From: an uncultured Chloroflexia bacterium | Lineage (GTDB): Bacteria > Chloroflexota > UBA6077 > JACCZL01 | DNA length: 64,000 nt | NCBI GenBank assembly: GCA_963765765.1 | Contig: CAVXYC010000028.1 | Coordinates: 146,613-210,612 of the forward strand | Direction of reading: 5' to 3' | Part shown: one piece after another, positions 45,713-56,332 of the stretch | Numbering within the stretch: the first letter of the stretch is position 1 | Layout: each line of letters starts with the position of its first letter | Made by a program: the position numbers and the translations under genes | The notes under the pieces: model-generated | What the model was told of the DNA's origin: nothing | The model's database searches: none | The model's input: only the letters and a program-made list of their open reading frames with translations

Positions 45713-48700
45713 ATCTTTCGGAGCTCACGAGAGCGCTCGAGCGATCGGATCGATTTCGGAAGAAGATCGGAAAAATTGGCAAGTCAGCCAACGCGTCTCT
45801 TTCTGTCTCGGACGCTGCCAAACCGTACATCGTGGCCGCACTGCAAGCCACGCTAAACCTTCCGATGTTCCTGGTGGCGGCGCGGCCGAACCAGGCTCGA
45901 CGGTTTGTCGACGACCTGGCCGCCTGGCATCCGCGCCCAGAATCAGTGATCCATTTCCCCGTTCCAGATGCCCTCCCTTATGAGCACCTGGCGTACGACG
46001 CCGAGCTCACATCTGCCCGCGTATGCAGACACTTCGAGCGCTTTCCGTATCAGACACCGCGCCGCTCATTGTCCTGGCAGCCCGGTCTGCCCTGGACTGC
46101 CTCATAGATCCAACCCGTTTTCGTGCTTCCAGCCGCGAGCTAAACGTTGGCACGAGCATTCCACCCGCGAGACTCATGGAGGAGTGGCTCGAGCTCGGAT
46201 ACGAGCCGTCGCCGATCGTGGACGGACCGGGGCAATTCAGCCGACGCGGCGGTATCGTAGATGTCTACCCACCGGGGCAGTCGCCCTGCCGAATTGAATT
46301 CTGGGGCGATGAGATCGAATCGCTTCGGGTCTTCGATCCCGCCACCCAGCGCTCTGGAGAGACGCTTCAGTCGCTGTCCATCCTCCCTGCAGACGAGCGC
46401 GGCGGCGATGCAAGCATCCTCGACTACCTGCCGGAGGGCGGAATCGTCGTTCTAGATGAACCGCGCCAGATCGAGGTCGCGACACGCGAGCTCGAGCAGC
46501 AAGCCGAGAGTCTGCACGCCGAGCTCCTCATGCGGAACGAATGGAACGAATCAGATGCCCCGCCCTACCGAACGTGGAACGAAGTGCTGGGGCGAGTGAA
46601 TAAGATGAGCCTAGTCACGCTCATGCATGACCCCGACGATGAAACGGTGGAGTTCGTGCATCCTGGCAGCTTTGCGGGGCGGCATCGTGCATTAGTTACA
46701 GAAGCGCGTGGGCTGCGCGACCGCGGCCATCAAATAGTGATCGTCTCCCAACAGTCGGCGAGGCTCGCTGAAGTCTTGAACGAGGCCGGGGTTGTCACTG
46801 TCCAGGCAGATGAAGTGACGGAGCTTTCACCGGCAACCGATGCGCCGGTGCCGTTAGTACACGGGTCTCTTCAGGATGGCTGGCGGTCGGACGAGCTCAA
46901 GCTAACCGTCTTCACCGACCGCGAGCTGTTCGGATGGGCCAAGGAGCATCGTCACGTCCGACGGCCGAGTCGCACATCGCGCGAAGCCTTTCTGAGTGAC
47001 CTGGAACCGGGCAGTATGGTGGTTCACATTGACCACGGCATCGCGAAATACCTCGGCCTGGCTCGGCTCACCGCGCCTGGGGCGCAGGAGCAGGATCAAG
47101 GTGATTCCGGCGGTCGCGAGTTCCTTCTGCTTCAGTTTGCCGACAGTGACCGACTGTATGTCCCCGTGGACCAGGCAGACCGCGTGTCGCGCTACATCGG
47201 CGGCGGCGAGCAGAATCCCCATCTCACGCGCCTCGGCACTGGAGAATGGACTCGTGCTAAACAGCGCGTCCAGCGAGCCGTACGAGTCATCGCTCAGGAT
47301 CTGATCGAACTTTACGCCGCCCGCGAAGTCTCTCCCGGCCACGCTTACCCCAGGGACTCGGTCTGGCAAGCGGAGCTGGAAGCGTCGTTTCCATACGTGG
47401 AGACCCCAGATCAGGTCACGGCCATCGCGGAAGTCAAGAAGGATATGGAGCGGCCTCGCCCCATGGACCGCTTGTTGGTTGGCGATGTTGGCTACGGGAA
47501 GACGGAGGTGGCACTCCGTGCCGCGTTCAAAGCAGTAATGGATGGCCGTCAGGTAGCAGTTCTGGTGCCCACCACCGTGCTTGCCCAGCAGCACTACTCC
47601 ACATTCAAGGAGCGGCTCGAGGCCTTTCCCGTGCGTGTGGAATCGCTTTCGCGCTTTCGTTCGGAAAAGGAGCAGCGTCAGGTCGTCTCAAACTCTCGGC
47701 GAGGGCGCCGTGGACATCGTCATCGGTACACACCGTCTGGTGCAGAAGGACGTGAAATTCAAGGACCTTGGTCTTGTGGTTATCGACGAGGAGCAGCGAT
47801 TCGGCGTGACGCACAAGGAGCGTCTGAAACAGCTGCGCCGCGAGGTTGACGTGCTCACGCTCACCGCCACGCCCATTCCTCGCACGCTCCACATGGCGCT
47901 CGTCGGCGTCCGCGATCTGAGCAGCATTGAGACCGCGCCAGAGGCGCGGCTTCCCATCCGAACATACGTCATGGAGTCCGATGAGGCTCTGATTCGTGAG
48001 GCCATCATTCGCGAGCTAGAGCGCGGCGGCCAGGTCTACATGGTGCACAACAGGGTGCGGACAATCGCCACGGTGGCCAATCGGCTGGCTGAGCTGGTTC
48101 CTGAGGCGCGCATCGGCGTAGGGCACGGCCAGATGTCCGAGGGCGCCCTGGAGGAGACGATGGTGCAGTTCGCCGCGGGTGAGTACGACGTTCTCGTATG
48201 CACCACGATCATCGAATCGGGCCTCGATATCCCCAATGTCAACACGATGATCGTAGACCACGCCGAGCGCTTTGGTCTGGCCCAGCTTTACCAGCTTCGG
48301 GGCCGGATCGGGCGAGGCGGCGTGCGGGCCTATGCCTATCTTCTCTGCCCGCGCGATACACAGCTCAGTGAGATCGCCGAGAAGCGCCTCCGCACAATTT
48401 TCGAGGCCACTGAGCTGGGCGCTGGTTACCACATCGCCATGAAGGACCTTGAGATCCGAGGCGCCGGCAATCTACTCGGCGCGGAGCAAAGTGGCCACAT
48501 CGGTGCTGTCGGGTTCGAGCTGTATACGCGGCTCCTAGCCGAGTCCGTGGAGGCGCTCCGAGCACTGCACCAGGGACTTCCGCCACCCACCAGAGCCCGG
48601 CCGCGCCCGTCGATCGACGTTCCGATCGCCGCTTACATTCCGCACGACTTCGTCTCGGACGCGGCCTCGAGGCTGAATCTGTATCAACGCCTCGCCTCGA

Positions 48701-49026
48701 TATCTACGGCAGAGGCGCTCGCATCTATCGTGGATGAGGTCTCCGATCGTTTCGGAACACTCCCCGATCCGCTGGTGAACCTCTTGTTCATTGTGGGGCT
48801 GCGGATGAGCGCCGCCAACGCAGGAGTCCGCGAGGTCGCGGCGACCGGAGATGAGATCATTATCCAGTTCCATGATCAGATCAACCCACTCCAACGCCGC
48901 TCCGCGGTCAACGCGGCGCCAGATGCTCGGATCGGCTCCAACCAGGTGCGACTCCCGCGCGGAACCGGACAGGCCTGGATGGCCGACCTGCAGCGCGTGA
49001 TCGAGTCGCTCCCAACCGTCCAGTAG
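45709..49026 (+). CDS. mfd: Transcription-repair coupling factor, two frameshifts (about 46022 and 47688)
   Basis: RRGGIVD, VHIDHG (RID), GDVGYGKT, DEEQRFG, TATPIPRT, QLRGRIGR, TRCF C-terminus; follows pth. Confidence 0.96.
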
Positions 49027-49061
49027 GAACTAGCCGAAATCAAGCCCCGCGGGTCCGAACT

Positions 49062-49094
49062 CGCCCTGTCATCCGGACAGAGGATGACAGGGCG
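49062..49094. terminator. Hairpin between the convergent mfd and GH73 genes (GTCATCC/GGATGAC family)
   Basis: cgccctgtcatcc-7 nt-ggatgacagggcg perfect stem. Confidence 0.65.
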
Positions 49095-49114
49095 TCCAGT
49101 TGATTCAGTCCGGC

Positions 49115-50281
49115 TTAGCCGTCTGACGGGCCCCGATCCCAACGCCCAAGGTTGTATTGGTCCATGAGTCGCGTTAACTTTGACACGTAGTTCGGATCGG
49201 TACTGTAGCCGGCGGCGTGGATTGCCTGGGCAAATGAGAGTGGATTATCGACCACACGCATCGCCGCGGCGTAGAGGCGGAGACCGGTGAAAAGCTTTGC
49301 ATGGTCCTCTACGGAGTCTTCGAGTGATGGATACGCGCGAAAAGGCTCCTGTAGGTAAACGTCCTGGCCGCCGATCACTTCCCAGGTGCGCATCCACACC
49401 ACGCCGCCGCTGCCGATCTTACCGCTGGCCTTTATACCGAAGTAATTGTTTGCGACCTTCGACAGGGCGCTCTCGCCCCAATCTGACTCGAGAATCGCCT
49501 GAGCAACGGTCACGGACGCAGGCACGCCTGAGCGAAACTGAGATTCCTGCGCGGCATTACCGACAGCTTCCAGGAAGGCATCGCGACTCGTCGGTCCAGT
49601 CCCTACGCTTAGAGCCTGACCGGCCGGTCCCGTGTAGACCACCCGCCGAGGCGGGCCCGCTGGGCCCAATGCCTCCGTGTCGAGCCAGACAGTTGGAGCG
49701 CGTGCGTCACGCGGATCCACTTGTACTGGAATGCGATCACCATCCGGCTCGCCGGCCTGGCGGAGATACGTGAATTGCGCAATGGCAGGACCAGTCGGCG
49801 TCGGGTCCGAGGCGTTGGCATACGGGCGGGTTACTCGGTGATTCTGAAGCCACTGCGCCGGTGCGTCGGATGGCTGCACATTGCGAACGTCGACCCAACC
49901 CTCCGTCTGCGACAGCTCGCTCACAACCAGGAGTCGTCCATCCTGAGCGTCCAGAACCTCCAATGTGTCGAACGCCCGAACGTCGGCGTTGGAGACCGAG
50001 CTGCCCACGGGCTCCTCCCAGAGAGTCGCCGGCCGCGTACTTTGTACCCACGTGGGAAGCATGAGCGCCGGTCTGTCGGCGATCGAGGGGGCGATTTGAG
50101 CGCCTGTAGTTCCAGAACCGTTGTCGCCTCGTCCGCCCATCGAGCAGGCCGTGAGCACAGTAAGTGCCGCTACCGGCATCAAAGCAAGCGACGAAGAGCG
50201 ACCTAGAACGGTCTTTACTAAGCCGCGAATGGAAGACGAATGGTCAACGACACATCGAACAGCGCGAAGGGGTATAGTCAT
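49115..50281 (-). CDS. GH73 glucosaminidase (peptidoglycan hydrolase), probable lipoprotein with two SH3-like modules
   Basis: AQAILESDWG, NNYFGIK, FRAY, GYSTDPNY; LTAC lipobox. Confidence 0.9.
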   Translation of the reverse strand: MTIPLRAVRCVVDHSSSIRGLVKTVLGRSSSLALMPVAALTVLTACSMGGRGDNGSGTTGAQIAPSIADRPALMLPTWVQSTRPATLWEEPVGSSVSNADVRAFDTLEVLDAQDGRLLVVSELSQTEGWVDVRNVQPSDAPAQWLQNHRVTRPYANASDPTPTGPAIAQFTYLRQAGEPDGDRIPVQVDPRDARAPTVWLDTEALGPAGPPRRVVYTGPAGQALSVGTGPTSRDAFLEAVGNAAQESQFRSGVPASVTVAQAILESDWGESALSKVANNYFGIKASGKIGSGGVVWMRTWEVIGGQDVYLQEPFRAYPSLEDSVEDHAKLFTGLRLYAAAMRVVDNPLSFAQAIHAAGYSTDPNYVSKLTRLMDQYNLGRWDRGPSDG

Positions 50282-50428
50282 CTCGGCGGCGTACTATGAC
50301 GGAAGCGAAATCGTTATGTCAAGTCGATCGCCTAGCACTGCGTGTGGGAGTCTTCCTCGTAGGCTTGACGACCTAGCGAAGAACAAGGCGCGGCATTGCC
50401 AGCGCCGCGCCCACTCCGATCCTGCGGT

Positions 50429-51358
50429 CTACACCAGCGCCGGCGCTGGCAGCTCCGCTACACGTCTAAGCAGCTCAGTGCGCTCGGACTCTGCCAGGGG
50501 GCGCAGCGGCTGACTCACCGTATCGTGGTCGATAAACCCCCAGGACTTGAGGATCACTTTCATCGCCGAGAACGACGCACCATTTGCGGATCCTCCCTGA
50601 GCAACCGATGGCAGCGAGTCCCAGCGGATGACCATCGTCTGCTGCTCCGCAGCCGTCGCGTAATCGCCGCTCTGGGCAGCGTTATATGTGGCCACGCAAG
50701 CCGCTGGAGCGATGTTCGAAACCGAGGGAATGGCGCCATGACCACCGGCAAGAATGCTTGCATCGATCAGTGAGCGCGTTCCCGCGAACATACGGAAATC
50801 GAGCCCGCGAGCCTGCGTGGCCAGTGCCGTATCACGGTACCACTGGAGATCGTTCTGGCTGTCTTTGATGCCGATGACAGTCCCTTCGTCGGCAAGCTGA
50901 ACGGCCGTTTTGACGTCGAGCTTGACCTTTACCATTTGGGGGAAGTTGTAAATGAAGAGCGGCAGATCTACGCCCGCGTGAACTGCGCGGTAATGCGCGA
51001 GCAGCTCATCCTGGCTGTTGGGATAGTAATACGGAGGCGTTACCGCAACGGCGTCCACACCTGCTTGTAGCGCTGCCTGGCCGTGTCGAATTGCTAGCTT
51101 GGTGCTGGCATCGCAGATGCCCGCGATCACAGGCACACGCCCTGCCGCGAACTTCACTGCCGTCTCCAACACCGCCTGACGCTCGTGTGCGTCCAGCGTC
51201 GGGAACTCGCCTGTCGTACCCAGTACCCACAAACCGTGCACGCCCTGATCCAGCAGGAAGCCCAGCAGACGCTCCAGCGACGCGAGGTCGGGCGTCTCGT
51301 CTGGGAGCAGCGGCGTCATGACTGGCGGAAAGATTCCGTGAAACGCGGCACGATCCAT
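50429..51358 (-). CDS. Dihydrodipicolinate synthase/aldolase family protein
   Basis: GTTGE, PPYY, YN, Schiff-base GIKDS; substrate unknown. Confidence 0.92.
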   Translation of the reverse strand: MDRAAFHGIFPPVMTPLLPDETPDLASLERLLGFLLDQGVHGLWVLGTTGEFPTLDAHERQAVLETAVKFAAGRVPVIAGICDASTKLAIRHGQAALQAGVDAVAVTPPYYYPNSQDELLAHYRAVHAGVDLPLFIYNFPQMVKVKLDVKTAVQLADEGTVIGIKDSQNDLQWYRDTALATQARGLDFRMFAGTRSLIDASILAGGHGAIPSVSNIAPAACVATYNAAQSGDYATAAEQQTMVIRWDSLPSVAQGGSANGASFSAMKVILKSWGFIDHDTVSQPLRPLAESERTELLRRVAELPAPALV

Positions 51359-51419
51359 GGTGTGTCTCCTCTAACTCGTTCCGATCGGTCAATTATATGT
51401 GGGCGATATACTCCGACCG

Positions 51420-53192
51420 ATGCAGCCTCTTTCAGTCTCACAATCCGATCGTCGATGGCTCGCTCACGTTGCGCTGGGCAATCAGCCTGCCGAGACCGTC
51501 ATCACGAATGCCCGCATGGTCAATGTCTTCACGGGCGAGATTCTTCCCGACCAAGCCGTGGCGATCGCGCGTGGACGCATCGCTCGAGTAGATAGCAATG
51601 CTGTGGATACGATCGGCGCAGCCACAGAAGTCATCGATGCAGACGGTCAGACGCTGGCGCCCGGTTTTCTGGACACGCATTGTCACATGCTGGCCACGCG
51701 CTACTCCGTGCCAGAGTTCTTGCGATACGCGGTCCCGGGAGGGACTACTCTCATCGTCACTGAGACGATCGAGCTCGGCTCGCTCTTTGGACTCAGAGGT
51801 ATCCAGGCATCTCTAGACGCTATCCGTGACCAGCCGATAACCATTCTCGCCACGCTGCCGGTACTCGCGGCTCTTCAGCCCCATCTCGAGGACGTTGCTC
51901 CGCCGCTGGACGAGTATCGCGAGCTATTGGCTCGTTCAGACGTTCTGGGTATCGGTGAGGTGTACTGGGGCAATCTTCAGCGTGATGAATCGCGACTTCA
52001 GGGCATCATCGAGGCAAGCCTGGAGATGGGGAAAACCGTGGAGGGCCACTCGGCGGGCGCCCGCGACGCAAAGCTGCAAGCCTATGTCTGCCAGGGGATA
52101 TCGTCCTGTCATGAGCCGATCACCGCGGACGAGGGGCTTGCGCGCCTGCGCCTCGGACTGCACTTCATGATTCGTGATGGAGAGATACGTCAAGATCTGG
52201 AGGCTATCGCGCCGTTGTGGGAACAACCCGTGGACCACCGGCGCATGGTTCTTGTGACTGACAGCGTGGGCGCCGAGAGGCTCGTTGAAGATGGGTACAT
52301 CGATCGAAACGTCAGGCGAGCCATTGAATTAGGGCTGGATCCGGTGAAGGCGATCCAGATGGTCACGATCAATCCGGCGGAGCATTTCCGACTTGATGCC
52401 CACGTCGGCTCCATCGCCCCTGGTCGCTGCGCAGATCTTGTGCTGCTGCCTAACGTAAGGACCATTCGGCCCACCTGGGTTATGAGTCGTGGCTGCATTG
52501 TGGCGCGCGATGGACAGCTGACCGCTAAGCCGCGCGCCGTCGAGCTTCCCGCCGCATTCCGTAATTCGGTAGGTTTTGGTCGTCACCTATCCGACGCAGA
52601 TTTCGTCACTCCCCTGGCGGATGGCGAGACCCGTCAAGCCCGCGTCATCGAATACATAACCGGGCTCGTGACCCGGGAGACACGCGAAGTCGTCCGCGGT
52701 ATGAATGGAATCGCGGAAGTGCTAGAGCCCGGAATCTGCAGGTTGGCCTGCATCGACCGCCTTCACGAATCTCACGATACGTTTCTCGGCTGGGCTAGTG
52801 GATATGGGCTGCGAAGCGGCGCCGTTGCCACCACCTGGTCCTGGGAGTCCACATCGATGGTGGTTCTGGGAGCAGACCGATCGGACATGGCACTTGCGGC
52901 GAACCGGCTAGCTGAGATTCATGGCGGCGCGGTAGTAGTGGCGAATGGTGAGATTATCGCCGAGGTCGCCGCACCGATAGGCGGCATCATCAGTGAGGCG
53001 CCGATGGAAGACCTGGTGATGCAGCTGCGTGGCGTTAAGTCCGCGCTCCACAATCTTGGATGTCCGTGGCCAGATCCACTACTCGCCGTGGATGTGCTGA
53101 CCACCGCCGCCATTCCTCACTTCCGGATCACCGATCGAGGCTACGCCCGGTTGCGGGATGGCACTCCAGCGGACCTCTGGATCGAAGACTGA
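51420..53192 (+). CDS. ade: Adenine deaminase (Ade/YicP-like)
   Basis: PGFLDTHCH, GEV, EGH, SCHE, VTD, TINPAEHF, GSIAPGR.AD; C-terminal Ade domain. Confidence 0.85.
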   Translation: MQPLSVSQSDRRWLAHVALGNQPAETVITNARMVNVFTGEILPDQAVAIARGRIARVDSNAVDTIGAATEVIDADGQTLAPGFLDTHCHMLATRYSVPEFLRYAVPGGTTLIVTETIELGSLFGLRGIQASLDAIRDQPITILATLPVLAALQPHLEDVAPPLDEYRELLARSDVLGIGEVYWGNLQRDESRLQGIIEASLEMGKTVEGHSAGARDAKLQAYVCQGISSCHEPITADEGLARLRLGLHFMIRDGEIRQDLEAIAPLWEQPVDHRRMVLVTDSVGAERLVEDGYIDRNVRRAIELGLDPVKAIQMVTINPAEHFRLDAHVGSIAPGRCADLVLLPNVRTIRPTWVMSRGCIVARDGQLTAKPRAVELPAAFRNSVGFGRHLSDADFVTPLADGETRQARVIEYITGLVTRETREVVRGMNGIAEVLEPGICRLACIDRLHESHDTFLGWASGYGLRSGAVATTWSWESTSMVVLGADRSDMALAANRLAEIHGGAVVVANGEIIAEVAAPIGGIISEAPMEDLVMQLRGVKSALHNLGCPWPDPLLAVDVLTTAAIPHFRITDRGYARLRDGTPADLWIED

Positions 53193-53256
53193 ACCTGAGT
53201 ATTCACCGGCCACTGCGATCGTTCCCGGTCGCAGTAAATAAGCTCGTCTGACATGA

Positions 53257-53296
53257 AGGATCGGGACAGTATTGACAGTCTGTCCCGATCCTGTTT
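53257..53296 (+). terminator. Intrinsic terminator after ade
   Basis: aggatcgggacag-10 nt-ctgtcccgatcct then gttt. Confidence 0.7.
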
Positions 53297-53391
53297 GCTC
53301 CAGGAGATAGCCTGCGAAGCGAGGATTATCCTCGCGTCACCACCACTGCCCCAGGGACCGCGGGCGTCTCGCCCGTCCCAGTCCGAGGCAC

Positions 53392-54354
53392 TTAGTTCAC
53401 GGGTGACTTGCTGGCTATCGGCGATGGCGGATCGGGACGCGGGGACGCCCACGGTCCAGGGACGTTTACTTGTTGGAACCGTCCAACGTCGTCCCCGCCG
53501 CTCATGATCTCTGCGAGAATCTCGATGCCATCGACCAGACGAGGGCCGGGACGCGTAAAGTACGCGGAGCCGTCAACAGCGTAGAGGCGACCGTTCTGTA
53601 CGGCGGATAGCCCCCTCAAGCCATCCGGCAACCCGGTTCGTCTGATCTCGTACAACGTACGATCGAGATCGAAACCGCAGAGCGCCATCACGATGACTTC
53701 GGGCTCAGCATTGATGACGTCCTGCCAGGTGACACGCCGCGATGGCTGGCGGCATGCACCCAGCACCTCAACACCTCCCGCCAGCCCCACCATGTCAGGA
53801 ACCCAATGACCCGCCGACCAGGGTGGATCGAGCCACTCCAGGCAAAGCGTCCGCACGGGCAGTCGACTCGCAGCACTGATCGCGATGCGATCCACACGCG
53901 AGCGAAGATCGCTGATGAGCGCACGAGCCTCGGCTACGCGATCGGTATGATCCCCGACCGTCTTGATACTGCTCAGCACATCCGCGAAGGTCGCGGGCTC
54001 CAGGGAGAGAATCTTGGGGCGATGTCTGAACGCTGGCAACGCGCCTTGCACCAGCGAGTGAGGCACCGCGCAGACCTCGCACAGCATCTGCGTCAAAACG
54101 ATGTCCGGCTCCAGGTCCACAAGCAGTTGTAGGTTGAGGCCGTAGCTGGTCGTGCCGGCATCCAGATGCCCTGTGGTGGCCGCGTTGATCTCGGCGCTTG
54201 TCGCCTCGCGATCAAGTGTCGTGATGGTAACTTTGGGCTTATTCAGAGCTTGCGCAGGATAATCGCACTCATGCGTAACACCAACGATCTGATCGCCCAG
54301 ACCAAGCGCAAAGGCGATCTCGGTGGAGCTAGGGAGGAGCGAGACGATACGCAT
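53392..54354 (-). CDS. BtuF/TroA-like substrate-binding protein without a signal peptide
   Basis: MRIVSLLPSSTEI, GVTHECDYP, TQMLCEVCAV, EWLDP, GHWVP, FTRPGPRL. Confidence 0.85.
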   Translation of the reverse strand: MRIVSLLPSSTEIAFALGLGDQIVGVTHECDYPAQALNKPKVTITTLDREATSAEINAATTGHLDAGTTSYGLNLQLLVDLEPDIVLTQMLCEVCAVPHSLVQGALPAFRHRPKILSLEPATFADVLSSIKTVGDHTDRVAEARALISDLRSRVDRIAISAASRLPVRTLCLEWLDPPWSAGHWVPDMVGLAGGVEVLGACRQPSRRVTWQDVINAEPEVIVMALCGFDLDRTLYEIRRTGLPDGLRGLSAVQNGRLYAVDGSAYFTRPGPRLVDGIEILAEIMSGGDDVGRFQQVNVPGPWASPRPDPPSPIASKSPVN

Positions 54355-54416
54355 TACCGACGCAATGGCTTGGGGATAGGACAGACCGAAACGTCCACGT
54401 TTACTTTTTAAGTATT

Positions 54417-54449
54417 ACTGTCATCCTGAGTGCAGCGGAGGATGACAGT
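54417..54449. repeat. GTCATCCTGAG-type palindromic element / terminator
   Basis: actgtcatcct-gagtgcagcgg-aggatgacagt; same core as 49062-49094. Confidence 0.6.
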
Positions 54450-54504
54450 GGCCGCGGCTCGCACGGAATTCGGCTTCGAATCGTTCGCCACAGGCCGCCA
54501 GCTG

Positions 54505-55107
54505 TCACCATCCTCGATCGATCCACTCCTGCAGATGCGGCTTCTCCGTACCGATCGTCGTGTCCAGGCCATGACCGGGATAGACCAGCGTGTCTTCCGG
54601 CAGCGTGAACAAACGTGTGCGAATGCTTTCGATGATCTGTGGAAAGTCGCCCATCGCCGATTTTGTGTTACCGGGTCCGCCCGGAAAGAGAGTGTCGCCG
54701 CTGAAAAGATGCTTGCCGATCAAGAAGCACGTGCCGCCCGGGGTGTGCCCGGGTGTATGCATGGCAACGATCTTATGGCCGCCAAATTCGAACTCGTCGC
54801 CTTCCGTGATCGTGAAGTCTGGTGGCGAGGCAAGCATGTCACGATCGATCTCACCAATACCACCGGGAACACCCAGTGCCTTGCGGACTGGATCAAACGC
54901 CTGGTGGTGGTCCTTGTGCCCGTGCGTCGTCAACACCTTGAGCACATTGAGCCCTTCTGCCTCTGCGATGAGCTTACTGGGCTCCCATGCCGCGTCGATG
55001 AGAAGCGCGTCCTTGGAGTCCGGGTCGATAAGGAAATAGGCATTGTTCCCCAGCGTACCCACCTCCACCTTCTTGATCCAGATCTCGCCGTCATAGTGCA
55101 AATTCAT
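54505..55107 (-). CDS. MBL-fold metallo-hydrolase (glyoxalase II-like)
   Basis: THGHKDH, HTPGHTPG, SGDTLF, PGHG. Confidence 0.94.
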   Translation of the reverse strand: MNLHYDGEIWIKKVEVGTLGNNAYFLIDPDSKDALLIDAAWEPSKLIAEAEGLNVLKVLTTHGHKDHHQAFDPVRKALGVPGGIGEIDRDMLASPPDFTITEGDEFEFGGHKIVAMHTPGHTPGGTCFLIGKHLFSGDTLFPGGPGNTKSAMGDFPQIIESIRTRLFTLPEDTLVYPGHGLDTTIGTEKPHLQEWIDRGW

Positions 55108-55133
55108 CGATGCTCTCCCCTATCGATTCGGTC

Positions 55134-56273
55134 CTATTGATAGAGGGCCAGCCGCTCCTGACGCAGGGCCGGTCCTACTGCTTTCTTGATCGCCTCGAAC
55201 GCTTCGCCATCCCATTCACTGACAAAGGTGATGGCCATGCCCTTCCGTCCCATACGCGCGGTGCGCCCAACGCGATGGATGTACGACTCTGACTCTTCCG
55301 GCACGTCGTAGTTGATCACGTGCGTTACGTCTGGAATATCAAGACCTCGAGCTGCCACATTTGTGGCGATGAGTAACTTCACTTCACCATCGCGAAACTT
55401 GTCCAGCACGCGTTCGCGAACCCTCTGCTGGATGTTGCCGTGGAGCGACTCAGCGTAGTGGCCCTCGGCACTGAGGACACGCTGGAGCCAATCCACACCA
55501 ATCTGGGTGCGGCGAAAGATGATGGCCTGCTCGGGCGCATACGTCTTGAGCACTTCCAGCAATCCAAGTGGCTTGTCCCGATCTGCCACCTCGAAATAGA
55601 TCTGATCGACCTCAGAGACCGTGCGCTCTTCCGGCTTCACCGCAACGTGCTCCGGGTTCCGCATATAGCGCCGTGAAAGGATTTTGATGAGCGGTGGGAT
55701 TGTGGCTGAGAACAGCGCGGTCTGACGATTGCGAGGCATGCGCTTGATGATCCGCTCCACGTCCGGCATGAAGCCCATGTCAAGCATGCGATCGGCCTCG
55801 TCCAAGACCAGATACGTCGCATGTTCGAGAGTCAGCGTGGCGCGTGAGATATGGTCCAGAATCCGCCCAGGCGTTCCAACGACAATTTGGGCGCCCCGTC
55901 TCAGGTCGGTGAGCTGCCGGTTCATGTTGGCGCCACCATACACAGGGACAATCCGGAGCTTTCGGTATTCGGCGATGTCCATGAGCTCGTCAGCGATCTG
56001 AGCGGCAAGCTCGCGAGTGGGTGCCAGGATCAATGCCTGTACCTGGTGACGCTCCCTGTCAACGCGGTCAACTATCGGAATTCCGAACGCCGCCGTCTTG
56101 CCCGTCCCGGTCTGCGCCTGCCCGATGACGTCCTTTCCCTGGAGCAGCAGTGGTATCGTCAGCTCCTGAATTGGAGTCGGCGTTTCGAACTCCATGTCAT
56201 CGAGCGCATCGAGTACGTCATCACTGATGTCGAAGTCCTCGAAATAGACGTTCTCTTCATTTTCGACTGCTAT
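55134..56273 (-). CDS. DEAD-box RNA helicase (core only); probable ATA start codon
   Basis: Q motif PTPIQ, GTGKT, PTRELA, DEAD, SAT, ARGLD, HRVGRTAR; the open frame extends to ATA at 56273, 5 nt after AGGAGG. Confidence 0.93.
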   Translation of the reverse strand: MAVENEENVYFEDFDISDDVLDALDDMEFETPTPIQELTIPLLLQGKDVIGQAQTGTGKTAAFGIPIVDRVDRERHQVQALILAPTRELAAQIADELMDIAEYRKLRIVPVYGGANMNRQLTDLRRGAQIVVGTPGRILDHISRATLTLEHATYLVLDEADRMLDMGFMPDVERIIKRMPRNRQTALFSATIPPLIKILSRRYMRNPEHVAVKPEERTVSEVDQIYFEVADRDKPLGLLEVLKTYAPEQAIIFRRTQIGVDWLQRVLSAEGHYAESLHGNIQQRVRERVLDKFRDGEVKLLIATNVAARGLDIPDVTHVINYDVPEESESYIHRVGRTARMGRKGMAITFVSEWDGEAFEAIKKAVGPALRQERLALYQ

Positions 56274-56332
56274 GTCAGCCTCCTGTGGTCCGTCGCCGCG
56301 TTCTCTGGAACGCGCCTATTGGAGCGGATTTA

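Noticed and set aside
23658-47594. Long antisense ORFs (e.g. 23658..24425, 30707..31366, 46902..47594)
   Set aside because: Shadow ORFs expected opposite real genes in high-GC DNA; no motifs or translation signals.
50429-51358. Calling the DHDPS-family gene dapA
   Set aside because: The family motifs are present, but there is no lysine-pathway context and many paralogous aldolases and dehydratases share them.
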